64,000 nucleotides of DNA. It comes from Camelus dromedarius (lineage: Eukaryota). A program made the translations under genes and the position numbers. The notes under the pieces are model-generated. The model was not told where the DNA came from, did no database searches, and saw only the letters and a list, made by a program, of their open reading frames with translations. Positions 25,812-38,863 of the stretch are shown in pieces (the stretch's first letter is position 1; each line of letters opens with the position of its first letter). The DNA lies in assembly GCF_036321535.1 (NCBI RefSeq), contig NC_087436.1, positions 60,142,001-60,206,000 on the forward strand, given 5' to 3'.

Positions 25812-28054
25812 AAAAGATTGTTATTTACGAAGATTAACTCCTATGAATTGTACGTGCATTGTTTCCTAATTAATGTCCAAAGTGTGCTTTTTATTGTGAA
25901 ACAATGGCCAAAAGTGTGTTTTCATTATTGAATATTCTGATTCTAGAGGAAAATCCACCAACATAATAATGAAAATGAACTGTTTGCAAACTTCATTCCT
26001 CATAGAGACAAAACAAATGAAATACAAAACAAATGTTCTTTTCAGTATTATAGAGACCATTTTTGTTTCAAACAATGTATCTGATTCTTTGATTATTTGG
26101 AGGGGAGAGAGAGTGTGTGTGTGTGTGTGTGTATAGAAAATAATTTGAGGTTAAAAAAAAAAGCAGTAACAAAACCTGCAACTTAGATACAGTATTTCAT
26201 GGAAAATGTTAGGTGTTGCATTATTCTACTTTTGGCAAAGCTTGTTATCCCCACATGACCTTTCAATACCATTTGTAGAATGCCAGACTGAGCTCTCTAA
26301 TGCCCTGCAAGCTTTACTTCATTAAGAACTTTCTGTAATCTAGAGGAAACATGTTGTGAAGAACCTTAATCAGCCATCCAACAGAAGCAATGATTAATAG
26401 ACCCCAGGACTATTTGATCACTGGCATGCCATTCCTGGAGTTTGTAGTAGGATATCACCATATTCCTGCTGCCCCATTATCCTAGATAAACAATTGAAGT
26501 TATAGAAAGTACAAGGACTTCAAAGAAAGGTTTGACTTTTTGAGCTATAGTATTTTTTTTTTTTTTTTACAAACAATGATTTTGACAGCATTTCTCCATT
26601 TCTTATCAGCACCCTGGGATAATATAGGTTCTCATTACCAGCACCTTGTCTAGAAATACGCTGTTTCTGCTGTTGAAGGCTCTGATAAACATACAATCAC
26701 TTTAACAAACACTCTAGGGAGCAGGACACACAATTTTGATTAAGAAAACTGTTGAATATTAACTAGCAGTGCTCAGAGACAATAGCTGAGCAACTTGTCC
26801 TTGAAAAACATTACACCAAACCTATTCTCAAGGAAAAATGTTGGTGTTTGACAGCTGCCATAGCTCTGGAAACTGAAAATGCATCTATTATTGCAGTAGT
26901 AGGCTTTCAATAATATCACCATAATTAAGGTGCTGTCATTATTTTCAATTTAAAAGTTCTCCATTCACAGGTTAATAAATTCAGACATTAAAAAAAAATG
27001 CCACTCTGTAGTAGCATTTGGTAGCATTTCCATTTCCATAAACTCTCTAAGTCCCCAGTTTTAATGAATTGTTTTCCAGATCATTGTTTTGTTTTGTTTT
27101 AATCTTCCAAGAATTCACAAACTAAAGTTTTCTATGGTTGTGTATAGTAAAGATAAAAATGACTGCAATCTGTGTAATAAAGTAGTTAATACTTTCTTGA
27201 AAAAGCTATTGAGAAGTATTCCCACCAGTCTGTTCCAGTGTAAACTCTGAATTCAACCACTTGCAAACCTCACTTGCCTAAACAGGTTTAGAGTATAAAG
27301 GGTGAAAAATTATCTAGAAAAAGCTAAAAAATTTCTTATACATACTGTTAAAACAAAACAAGAACATTAAGTGCAAACAATAAAGAGAATCTTACTCATA
27401 AAAGTATATTTATCAATGCCATTTGTCATCCTATAAAGTTTTAAAAGCTCTTCTATAATTTTAACTACATTAGAACATTAACTACATTAGTATCTTCATG
27501 CAAGAGGCATAAATTCTTGCTAAAAACTAAAAAATGAGGAGGATAGGAAATATAAGGCAACTAAATTTTATTTCTCTCTGTACTACTTCCTGATCTTTAT
27601 TTTATCCATAGAGTTCTTTACAACATATGCTGGCAGGTAGCTCAGAACATAACAAAACACACATCTACATATGACGTTTAAATAGAATGACATTGTTAGG
27701 TTGTTTTTCATATACTAACATACTTTTTTTTAATTCTAATTTTAAAATTAAAAAATCAATTAAAAATAAAAAATGTATATTATACACGTACAGAAACATC
27801 CTAACATGTATGTGTTATGATAACCTTAAATGTATAAATACATTCCTTTGTGATGTTTCATAAATCACATATTTACATTTTTAAATAAAATTATATTCCT
27901 CATGCAATATACTGGAAAAAAGTTCTGAATGCAAATTCATTCTATAAATCCATACATTTGACACATCAAGAAGCTCATTCTGTCTGAAATGTACGTGTTT
28001 AAGTAATAACCAATCTCCATTTTCTTAATTAATGAAACACAAAAGCAAACGAAA

Positions 28055-29870
28055 CAGGTGAGGGAGATTGAGGTGCAAGTTTCCAGTTGGAAAATAAATG
28101 AGTTGTGGGTATGAAAGGTACAGAATGGGGAAAGTGACTAATAAGCCACATCTTTGTATGGTGACAGACGATAATTAGACTTACTGTGATCATTTTGAAG
28201 TGCATATAAATATGAAAGCACTATGTTGCTTAACAGGAACTAGCATAGTGTAGATCAATGATATTCCAACAAACAAAATCATATAAAAAGTGATCAGATT
28301 TGTGGTTGCCAGAAATGGAGGGTAGGGAGAGGAGGAATTGGATGAAGGCAGTAAAAAGGTACAAACTTCCAGTTATAAAACAAATAAATCTGTAGATTGC
28401 CTTGTGCAATATGGCAATTTTAACAATATTGATTCTTCCAATCCAAGATCATGGGATATCTTTCCATTTCTTTAAGTCATCTTTAATTTCCTTAATCAAT
28501 GTTTTGTAGTTCTCCATGTATAAGTCTTTCACCTCCTTAGTCAGATTTATTCCTAAGTATTTTATTCTTTTGGATGCAATTTTAAAAGGGATTGTTTCTT
28601 TATTTTCTTTTCCTGATATTTCATTGTTAGTGTAAATAAATGAAATTGATTTCTGTATGTTAGTCTTGTATCCTGCTACCTTGCCAAATTATTTTATAGT
28701 TCTAATAGTTTTTGTGTGGAGCTTTTAGGGTTTTCTACATATAGCATCATGTCATCCACATATAGTGACAATTTTACCTCTTCTCTTCCAATTTGGATCC
28801 CTTTTATTTCTTTTTCTTCCCTAATTGCTGTGGCTAGGACTTTCAAAACTATTTTGAAAAGAAGTGGTGAGAGTGGGCATCCTTGTCTTGTTCCAGATTT
28901 TAGTGGGAAGGCTTTCAGTTTTTCACCATTGAGTATTATCTATGCTGGATGTGGATTTGTCATAAATAGCTTTTATTATGTCGAGATATGTTCCCTCTAT
29001 ACCCATTTTGGTAAGACTCTATCATAAATGGGTGTTGAATTTAATTGAATTTAGCCAAGACATGGAAGCAGCCTAAATGTCCATCAACAGATGATGGATA
29101 AAGAAGTTGTGGTGTATTTATACAATGGAATACTACTCAATGATAAAAAAAGAATAAAACAATGTCATTTGCAGCAACATGGACGGATGTGGAGATCATC
29201 ATTCTAAGTGAAGTAAGTCAGAAAAAGAAAGAAAAATACCATATGAAATCACTCATATGGGGAATCTAAAAAAAAGAGAGAGAAAGAGAGAACACTAATG
29301 AACTCATCAATTCATCTACAAAACAGAAACAGACTCACAGACATAGTAAGCAATCATATGGTAATAGGGGAAAGGGGGTACATATAAAAACAGATAAGAA
29401 ACAAATTTCTTCTATATAGCACAAGGAACTATATTCAATATCTTGTAATAACCTTTAATGAAAAAATATGAAAACGTATTCGTATATACATCTATGACTG
29501 GAACACTATGCTGTGCACCAGAAATTGACACACTGTAACTGACTTCAATAAAAAATTAAATAAAACTTCAATTAAAAATTTTTAAAATAAATAAGTACTA
29601 GGGATGTAAAGTCAAATATGACCACTGCTGTATGTTAGTATGAACGTTGTTGAGAGTAAATCCTACGTAAATTATTAGAGTTCTCATCACAAGGAAGAAG
29701 ATTTTTTTCTAATTATTTTATTTTGTATCTATATGAGATAGCGGATGTTCACTAAACTTACTGTGGTAATCATTTCATGATGTATATAAGTCAAATTATT
29801 ATGCTGTATACCTTTAACTTATACAGTGATGTCTGTCAATTATATCTCAATAAAACTGGAATAAGAAACA
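28055..29870 (+). mobile_element. Older L1M 3'UTR interrupted by a younger L1
   Basis: ...aaaaggtacaaacttccagttataaaa (to about 28385) resumes as ataaataagtactagggatgtaa...ttctcatcac...caattatatctcaataaaactgg (about 29590-29870). Confidence 0.8.
28389..29590 (+). mobile_element. 5'-inverted younger L1 nested in L1M
   Basis: 28389-29040 is antisense ORF2 RT region. About 29053-29590 is sense ORF2 end, 3'UTR and A-rich tail. aaataa-type repeats flank both ends. Confidence 0.85.
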
Positions 29871-30639
29871 TAAAACTTTCCATTATAATTGCAGGTAGGT
29901 TGGATATGCAAGCTTGTATTTCCAACAAGAATATTGTACTCTAACAAGAATATTGATTGCTTTATCCTAAAGGGGAAAATAGTTGACCTTAAGAAGAGTA
30001 TCCTGACCAGGACCTTGATACAAATAAATGTTTTTTCTTACTAGACTACTTGTAAGCAATTAAAGAAAAGAAAAAGAAATACTTCTGGTATAGAACTAAG
30101 AGTTATTTTGCCCCATGTTTTTTCAACTAAAAAATGCAGACAGGTTTTGCTTTCAGTTGATAAAGAATTCAGCAATGTAATATTCTCCTTAGTTAAAAAG
30201 TCTGTATTTTAAATGTTTTTAATGAGTAAAGATTTGTAAATCTTCATGCTATTTCCTTATTTTCCAGCTTTGAGACAACAGTGCCCTCCTTGTGAGTCAG
30301 GATTGGAAGCAAGAGTGAAAAAGAAATCACCCCACCAACAAAATCACTTTGTCCCTGTAAGCCTTTTGATATAAGTTGTATAAATTATTGATAGGGCTTC
30401 AAAGAAAGATTTGACTTTTTGAGCTCTAGTAATTATTATTATTTTACAAACAATGTAAATCAAACTGAAAGCACCCCTGCTGGATAGCAAAGTTGTTTAT
30501 ACTTACATAGTTTTTCTTTAATAATTAGCATGAGTCAATTCTTACGTAGATAAGTATACATTCATGATTTAAATTTTAAGTGCTCTTTATTATATCTTTC
30601 AAACTAAAATATCTAATCATTCTAAGGTTCAAGGGTTTA

Positions 30640-31225
30640 TGTTTCCAGGACTGGTGGGGCACTGCATGAGGGAAGATAGAGTCACTGAGGAAAAGAAATC
30701 TCTCAGGAAGAAGAGAAAAGAGAACTGAGATGCACATGCTTGGTTCAAGGCCAGCTGTCCCAGATGCTAGGGTAGATAAAGTGTACCTCCCACTGTCCTC
30801 TGCCCCAGGTTCCACGGACTTAAGCCTGAGTCCTAAGGCAAAGGATCTACAGGTAACGAGCAAGTTGAAAGCCGAAAGCAGCTGCTTGTCTACAGGATCA
30901 CCCTGGGACACTGAGAGCCCAAGGTAGCAGCAGCACTGGCACTGGCAACAGCAGGGCTGGCGTTGTTGGCAGCAGAACTAATGACAGCATCAGTGCACTC
31001 GGTGATAACAGCGTGTCTGGCAACAGCGGGAGTTCCTCCGGCCCCCACTACACCAGCTCCCTGCACCGTAAGCGTCCACAGCCTGGGTCTGAACAGCAGC
31101 ACAGGAAGCAGACAACGGCAGAGCTTCCATGCTGACTAGTGGCACTTTTGACTCTCAGTCACTGACAGCACAGAAAAGCCTGGGTAACATGACGGTTGTG
31201 ATAGCATCGACCCTGCAGTCAGCCA
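30640..31225. mobile_element. Possible ancient LTR remnant (MamGypsy-like, GCA-rich)
   Basis: Local GC- and CpG-richer block with repeated gcagca/ggcaacagc motifs and no splice or gene context. Family assignment is a guess. Confidence 0.3.
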
Positions 31226-31229
31226 CAGC

Positions 31230-31430
31230 TGGGTTAAAACCCAGGCACTGCCATTTTTATGAGCTACAGTGACACTGGTCATGTAATTTAACCTCTCAAA
31301 TGCTCAGATTTCTTCAGTGCAAAATGGAAATAATATTAGTCCTTATCTAACATGATTGTTGTGATACTTATGAGATAATTTACTTAAAAAACTTACTATC
31401 TGGCAGATGACAGAGGCTCAATTAAGGTGG
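31230..31430 (+). mobile_element. MIR
   Basis: gtcatgtaatttaacctctcaaatgctcagatttcttcagtgcaaaatggaaataata. Confidence 0.75.
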
Positions 31431-32419
31431 CTTTAAAAAATAAATTGCAAATCAAAAACTCCACGTCGTGAGAGCAATGTCTCATTACCAAATCTCATGC
31501 GATATACCCAGGGATTCCAGAATTTATCTCAAAAGAGCATGAGAGGTCAGAGTATGCGTGATCTCAGAGGAATGTTATATTTTGGCTGCTACTTGTGCCC
31601 TGGTTTTATCGCCTGTATAAACACAGGAGGCCTGGGAATCACAGGCTGGCCTAATAACCATATTCTCTGAATTTTTTAATTTCAAGTCTTCAAAGGAAGC
31701 ATTTATTTTTACATTCATTTGACATAAGCACAATATTTAAAAAAAAAACTTTAAAGAATTTCACATCAAATCAAGATCAGTAAGTTAATTTCAGTACATT
31801 TTAATTTCTTCTAGAATCCCACATATATTCTAAGAGATGCATAATTTAATAGTATCCACACTTCAAAACTGATTATTATTTATTTGTTATGTGCTAATTG
31901 TGCAAGATCTGGATGCATTGTTCATATTAATAAGACATATATTAATAGGAGAGCAAAATGGAAGATTATTTTCCAAATTATAATAAATAGCACCAGGATT
32001 GATAAGTTTTTCTACACTTCTTTCTTTAATCATTCCTAATGTTTGTGCTATCTGCCCAGAAAACAAGTGTGTTGCAAGAAGCTTACTTTAAATAGACATC
32101 TTTTACTAGACACTGATTTAATTCCATTTTTGAGCTCAGTTTAGCGATTCAAATGACTCCAGAGAGTTACAAATACAAGCAAATGAATTAAACTTTAAGA
32201 CCAAATGCAAATGCACCTTTACAATTCTGAAGAAAATATTTTCCAAAGTATAAAGTTTGTGATTCAGACAGGTATCTCTTGCCTTACTTCTTAGAATTGT
32301 TATAAAATGATTATCCAACTCTGCCTAGGAGTCATTAGATGGCACAGCACAGTATTACAGGACTGCAGAGTTAGAAGAGACCTTAAAATTTGTCTAAACT
32401 GACTCATCTCCCCATTTAG

Positions 32420-32883
32420 GATCTTGGTCAGGTCCTAAGAGAAGCAGATGCTGAGCCAGAATTAGGAGTAAAGATTTTTTATTAAGGAGTAATTTCTATG
32501 AATTGATAACAAGGAAGAAAACAGGATTATGTAGGGGAAGACTTCAGGTCACAAAACAGATCCTATGCTTCTGAAAGGAAAGGGAAAAATAGAACAAGAA
32601 GAATAATAAAAAGAATGCAGTGCAGATCTCATGAAGTCTTGACCAATCTAACAGGGAGAGTTTCAGAGCAAAGACAGGCTGCAGGAGAGGTCTGCATTGG
32701 CAGAAACGGACAGGCTCTGTCAATTGCTGGGAGATGAACTGAAGAGCATCACCTTAGCTTGAACACTGCGAAGGATTCTAAAGCTTCTGCAGCTATACGT
32801 GTCAGCCAACTATACCCCTCACAGCTGAAAACCATTTATTTCTTGAAAGGAGGCCAAGTAGCATGACTCCGTGACTGCCACAC
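32420..32883. mobile_element. ERVL-class solo LTR (LTR16-like)
   Basis: Starts tcttggtcaggtcctaagagaagcagatgctgagccagaattaggag and ends gactgccaca. Confidence 0.55.
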
Positions 32884-33369
32884 ATCTTAGCAAGGCGCTA
32901 AGCCAAAGTGCCTCGGCTCGCCAGCAATGGGCAACATACTGCCTCATCAAGTGCCCACACCATTTTTGATAGCCCACCACATAGGACAATTCAATATTTA
33001 ATTTCAGTGTGAGGAAAACTTCATCACACTGAAGTTAAATATAATTATTCATATGTGGCTTCTGATCATTTTAACTTTCCATTTCTTACATTCTCAAAAC
33101 CAATTATATTCCTCTTACCAAAGCAGCCTTCAGATAGTTGAAAATAATTTTCTTATCCTACTTGAATTTTCATTTGTCCAGTTTTAACAATCCAAATCCC
33201 TTAAATATCTTGGAAATCCCTTTTCTAGAGGAACTAGAATCTCTTTTGGCTGAGGTCTCAGTATATCGGTATGAGCATAAAGATAACAGAAAATAATACT
33301 CTGTCTTCAGTCCCTGAAGACAAAGTAAATTTGGAAATCAGTGAGTATTTCAGATATCTACTTCTATTT

Positions 33370-33805
33370 AACAAAACACTCCAAAACATTTATTTGCTTA
33401 TGATTCTACAATCTGACTTAGGTTCTGATGGCTGGGTTTTTTGACTAGTCTCACTTTGGTCGCTGTTGGAACAATCTTCTGGAGGCTCATTTGGGGCTGA
33501 AATCCAAGATGACCCCAGTGACATGCCTGGTGCTTCAGCTAGGATGGCCGGAACAGCTGATGGCTAACCATGCATCTCTCTCCTGACAAGCTCTCTGGTT
33601 AGGGTAGTCAACCACATTTCATTGGTGGCTCAGGGATCCAAGAGAGCAAAACGCTAAGCCCAAAATTGGCATAGCATTACTTAAAGCACCCTATATTGGT
33701 CAAAGCAGGTCACATAGCTATCTCCTGGACTAAAGACAAGGAGAAACAGATACCACCTCTCAATGCGAGGAGCAAGAAAGTGTTTATGGCCAACTTTATC
33801 CACCA
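33370..33805 (-). mobile_element. MLT1 (MaLR) LTR
   Basis: atttatttgcttatgattctacaatctg...ctatattggtcaaagcaggtcaca...ccacctctcaatg. Confidence 0.7.
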
Positions 33806-35106
33806 CTGAGACAAAGCTGTTGTAAAGCCAGTACATATGAAGCATCAATCTTCAGGGAATGAGAAGAGACAGAAATTAGGGGAAAAGACAGAGTAAAGAG
33901 AGGGAATGGCCCAAACAGAGCACATAGATTCTGTACCAAAGATAAGAGTGAAGAAAAAAACAATTACTTTCCTGTGGCAATCTGATCCAGTAATAATCTA
34001 ACACTAACTTTAGAGTTTTACTGAAGTAAGAGCAAAGTCTAGTTCCAGTGTTACTAGCTGTATGACTCTGGCCTTTTCCATTGCCTTTATAAACCTCATT
34101 TTATCAACTGTCAAACAGAGAATATGGTATCAGTCTTTTTGGGTTGATAGAGGAGACTCAAATGAGGATTTGAGAAATTTGTCCTACTCAAGACTGGGAG
34201 CTTATAGTTTCGGTGTTCTATTTTTTCCTCCAGTTAGTTTTTCTTCTTAACTTCAAGAGAGGTACCAGAAGGTAACTCTGGAATCAGGAAAGGTGAGTTA
34301 ATAGCAAGGTAGAAGCAGAGTTGAACCAAATTTGGCAGAGTATCATGGGTTCTCTTATTATTGGGAAGTTACATATGTGGGAGTTTGGAGAGCTTGCACA
34401 TTAAATCACAGAGGGCTTCTTGGGTATACAAGTCAGAGACTAAAATAGCAAATGATAAAACACAGATAATGATGATGGAACTATATAAAACACTTCCTGC
34501 CACAAAGACCAATTTCACTGGTGCCAGGAATTTTCAACTTACACCTACTTTCACTTAACAGTGCAGGACCCTGAGCAATCCGTTACAACCACCGTTTTAT
34601 AACAATTACCTGTAAAATCACTTCAAATATTTGTTAGGTGATACTGACATCCCACAGAACAACACAAAAGAAATGGAACAGTGAAAAAAAAAGTGAACAA
34701 AAATACAAACCCTGAAGGCCTTCTTGTAATATATCAACATCAAGACTCTGCCTTTCCTCTGTCTTCCAATGAATGCTGGAGCTCTAACTAGGAATTCAAA
34801 TTGATTAGCTGGGTTACCTACATGACCAAATATAAAATCCCTGATCACTTAGATTTGACCTATGTTGCTGCCCAGAAATTCCAAACCATCTCTTACTAAT
34901 AAATTAAACAAACAAACAAATATTGATTTTTAAAGGTACCAAGATAATACGCATTTACATAGAGCAATTTTTCAATCTAATAAACTGCAGTTATCCAATA
35001 CACATTTACTGAACGTGTTTTTACCTAAGTACTGAGAATTCTAAGACAAATAAGACATTAACTTCATGAAGTCATCAAGATCTTATTGTCAAGAATATTA
35101 ATTTTG

Positions 35107-35792
35107 GGTTTTCATGGGATTCTTTTGCTATTTTTCCCCAGGTTTATTAAGATAAAATTGACATATATAATCATGTAAGTTTAAAATGTATAATGAGGTA
35201 ATTTGATACATAAATATATTGTGAAATGACTGCCATAGTAAGGCTAGTTAACACCTCCATCATCTCACATAACTAACATTTTTTGATGAAACATTTAAGA
35301 TTTACTCTCTTAGTAATTTTCAAGTATATAACACAGTATTTTTAACTAAAATCACCATGTGGTACATTAGATCCCCAGAACTTACTTATCTTATAATTGG
35401 AAGCTTGCCCCTTTGAGCAACATCTCCACATGTTCCCCACCCCTAGGGCCCTGGCAACCACCATCCTACTCTGTTTTTATGACTTTGGCTTTTTTAGATT
35501 TCACATATAAGTGAGATCATACAGTATTTGTCCTTGCCTGACTTATTTCACTTAGAATAATGCCCTCAAGTTTCATCCATGTTAATCACAAATGGCAGGA
35601 TTTCCTTATTTTTTATGAAATATATTCCATTTGAATAATATTCCATCATGTGTATTTGTGTGTGTGTACCACATCTTCTTTATCCATACATTGGCTGCAC
35701 CAATTTACATTCCCTTCAACAGTGGAAAAGACTTCCCTTTTCTCCACATCCTTGCCAGGACTTGTTATCTCACATTTTCGATAACAGCCAAG
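35107..35792 (-). mobile_element. L1M 3' end with TSD
   Basis: Antisense L1 3'UTR (gagatcatacagtatttgtc...gacttatttcacttag; aatttacattcccttcaacagtg). TSD gaatattaattttg at 35093-35106 and 35793-35806. Confidence 0.85.
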
Positions 35793-36439
35793 GAATATTA
35801 ATTTTGTTTATTTCCTTTTCATAAGAAAAATAAGCTGAGAGAACACACAAAAGACATTCTATAATTGAGTAAGATTCTTCTACCTATCTCATATTCAATG
35901 CAATACAGAATTTTTTTAGTTATATGGTTTCTTCTAGATCCAAAATCATGTCATGTATAAACACTGGATTAACAGTGTTCATATTTAAGATACTGCCTCC
36001 AGTATGAGTTCCTCAATGTCATAAAACATACTCAACATATTGTAAATTACTATGTGTTCTGACCCTAAGTCCACCTTTCTCTCTCCACTGTGACAACTCT
36101 TAGAATACCTTGGCCATATTACACTCCAGAGATCAATGTTCACATGAATCTCCCATGTTAAAAAAACCAATGCAATCTGCATTTCTGTGACCCAAAGACA
36201 CATACTTGTTTGCAGTCTGTAGTATTCATAACCACTTACTGGGCTCTCAGCTCCCTCCATGATACAATAATGAAGAGTTAGTTATTTCCATGTATGCTAA
36301 AATAAAGAGAAATATTACTTTATCCTGAATCTCTAATAAACATTATTAAATAAACATTGTCTTTTATCACATTCTTACAGCTTTATGACCAAAAGTATAT
36401 AGTGAAAAAATACATATTAATTGTTTTAAACACATAGAG

Positions 36440-36890
36440 AAAGTCAATCCAAAAAAGGCTACAAACTATGTTATTCCATGAATGTAACAGTTTTGAAATG
36501 ATAAAATTTTAGGAATGGAGAACATATTAGTGGTTACCTGGGGTTAGGGATAGGGTGGGTGGGGCAGAAGGGAGGTAGGGATAGTTATATAAGAGCAAAG
36601 GGAAGAACCTTTGTAGCGATGGAACTGTTCAGTATCTTGACTGATCTACATATGTGAGAAAATTGTGTAGGACCACACATACACACACACACATACACAC
36701 AAGTAAGTACATGCAAAACTAGTGAAATCTGAATAAGATCAGTGCAGTGTATCAATAAAAATATCTTAGATGTAGTACTGTATTGTAATTTTTTGCACTG
36801 GGGGACACTGAGCAAAGGGCTCACATAATCTCTGTTATGTGACCAACTGTATATGAATCTCCAGTTAGCTCAATAAACATTTAAAAAAGA
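36440..36890 (+). mobile_element. Old L1MC/ME-type 3' end
   Basis: atggagaacatattagtggttacctgggg...gatggaactgttcagtatcttgact...caataaa. Confidence 0.7.
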
Positions 36891-37614
36891 AACCTACAGA
36901 AAGCAACGCTTTCATAAGAATCCCAATATGAACTAAGTATGAAATATATTCATATACATATGAAAGCTATAAATGTAAAAGATAAAAAGATATAAGGAAA
37001 ATCAAATTAAAATTTTTGAAAATGCTGTAGTGACAAGGGACATGAAAACACTTTGAAATTTAAATACCAATGTAAAACAGTATGTTCAAGTTGTATGATC
37101 TGTTCTCTTGTTCTAATTCTCCTATTTTCATTTGGAAACAATATGCTAAGCCAAATTTTAAAAGCAACTCCTAAATCCAGCCAAGCTCAAACCTGCCTTT
37201 AAGAACAGAAGCAATGCTATTAAAAAGATTCATTCTCTAAACTATGCACATAATTCCTACCACCAACAGTGAGGAACATTTCAATGCGGTGGCATGAATT
37301 ACGACGTGAGAGAGAAGAAAGGAAAATTAATTACAGGAGCACAAAAGACTGGAGTGGATCAAAGTATATTTTAAATTCCAAATATTTTATACATGTCTCT
37401 CTTTTAATATGCTAATCAGAACCAAGACACCCTCTTAGTAACAGTAGGTCCCAGGAAGATTCCACTTAAATATGTCCCTCTCCAAACATGGGACATGTCT
37501 GTCTAACCCTGTGCCTCTAAACCAGGGTTGCCTATTCATTCACCTGACCACCAACTCTTCATAATATGAAGCCTTACTCATATAGCATTAGTCTGAATAA
37601 TTATATTAATTCTA

Positions 37615-37745
37615 CCATTGGGGTAACCATATGTCCCAGTTCCCATGAGACACTTCTAGTTTATAGATGTTGTCCTAGCACTATTATTAATAATGTCTCC
37701 TTTCACTCTCAAAGTGTTCCTGTTTGGACAGTATTTTTTTTACAG
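37615..37745. mobile_element. hAT-Blackjack MITE (MER81-like)
   Basis: ggggtaaccatatgtcccagttcccatgagacacttctagtttat terminal motif. Confidence 0.55.
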
Positions 37746-38819
37746 GCACCTTCTCTATTATGAATAAGGTTTATATCCTGCCTGCTTGACCCCTATTGCC
37801 CAAGTTTTGCATTGACCCATTTGGTGGGAAAGTCTCCAATAAACAGAAGTCAGACTAGAGTGGCAACATGGTACACCAATTCATTTACTAAAATAAACTA
37901 CAATTATTTTAAATAAAATTGTATATACTACTTAACACCAGCACCTACCCCAGTCCCAAGCCCACAGACTTTTATTAAATTAAAAAAAGATGATAAATGT
38001 TCAAGTTTTCTTGGACTAAAAGAGAATTTTGGAGACAGTGTTCAAACAACAAGGGAGGAAGGTTTCCTTAACTTGACAGAAAAAGTCGTGATTGAGATTT
38101 CACAGCCAATGCTTAGAATGTGCTTTGTAAATATTCAAGAAGCATCTAAAAACGCAGTGAACAGACACATTTCCTAAGTAGGTAAATTAGGTGTGTTACC
38201 TTTCTTTCCACAAAGCTATAACCACTTCCCCACTTGGCACAGAGAGCTATGCAGAAAATGGGAAAGCACACAAAAATACTGGCAAGAATTGGACTTCTCT
38301 AACGGAGGGGTTTCATAAAGCCATTCACAACTCTCTCTACTAATTCAGGATCCTCATGGATCCCCACCCCAGAAATCATTCCCAGGCATCCAATTATTTG
38401 CTACATCAGCCTGAGAAATTCACTCCTTGATTTTTGGTGTGCTTGTATTACTGTTATAAAATGAAAACATAGGAGTCATCCTTAGGCTACTACATAGAAA
38501 ACAAAAAATAACAGGGTTTTTAGTACGGATTTGATTTTTCTCATACATAAGCTATGTTTTATTCAATTAACCATAATAAAAATCAACCAGAATCGGTCAT
38601 ACTTGATGTGTAATGTAGGCAAAACAAACAAAGAACTCTTATCATTTGGCTCTCATTTCTGGTCCTCTACCAGCTTAGTTCAAATAGTCAAGGCCTCTAA
38701 AATTATTTCTACTTCCTTTGTCAAAGCTTATTTGCAGAAGAGGCTACAACTATTCATACCACAAGGTAAGAATTTATGAAGACTTAAGGAGTAACTCCTC
38801 CTAGGAATTCAATTTAAAA

Positions 38820-38863
38820 TGTGTGTGTGTGTGTCTGTGTGTCTGTGTGTGTGTGAGAGAGAG
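38820..38863. repeat. Compound (TG)n(GA)n microsatellite
   Basis: Read directly from the sequence. Confidence 0.9.

Noticed and set aside
30576..31102. Ala/Ser-rich ORFs or a possible CpG-island promoter
   Set aside because: Low-complexity GCA repeats and too few CpGs; more likely an old LTR.
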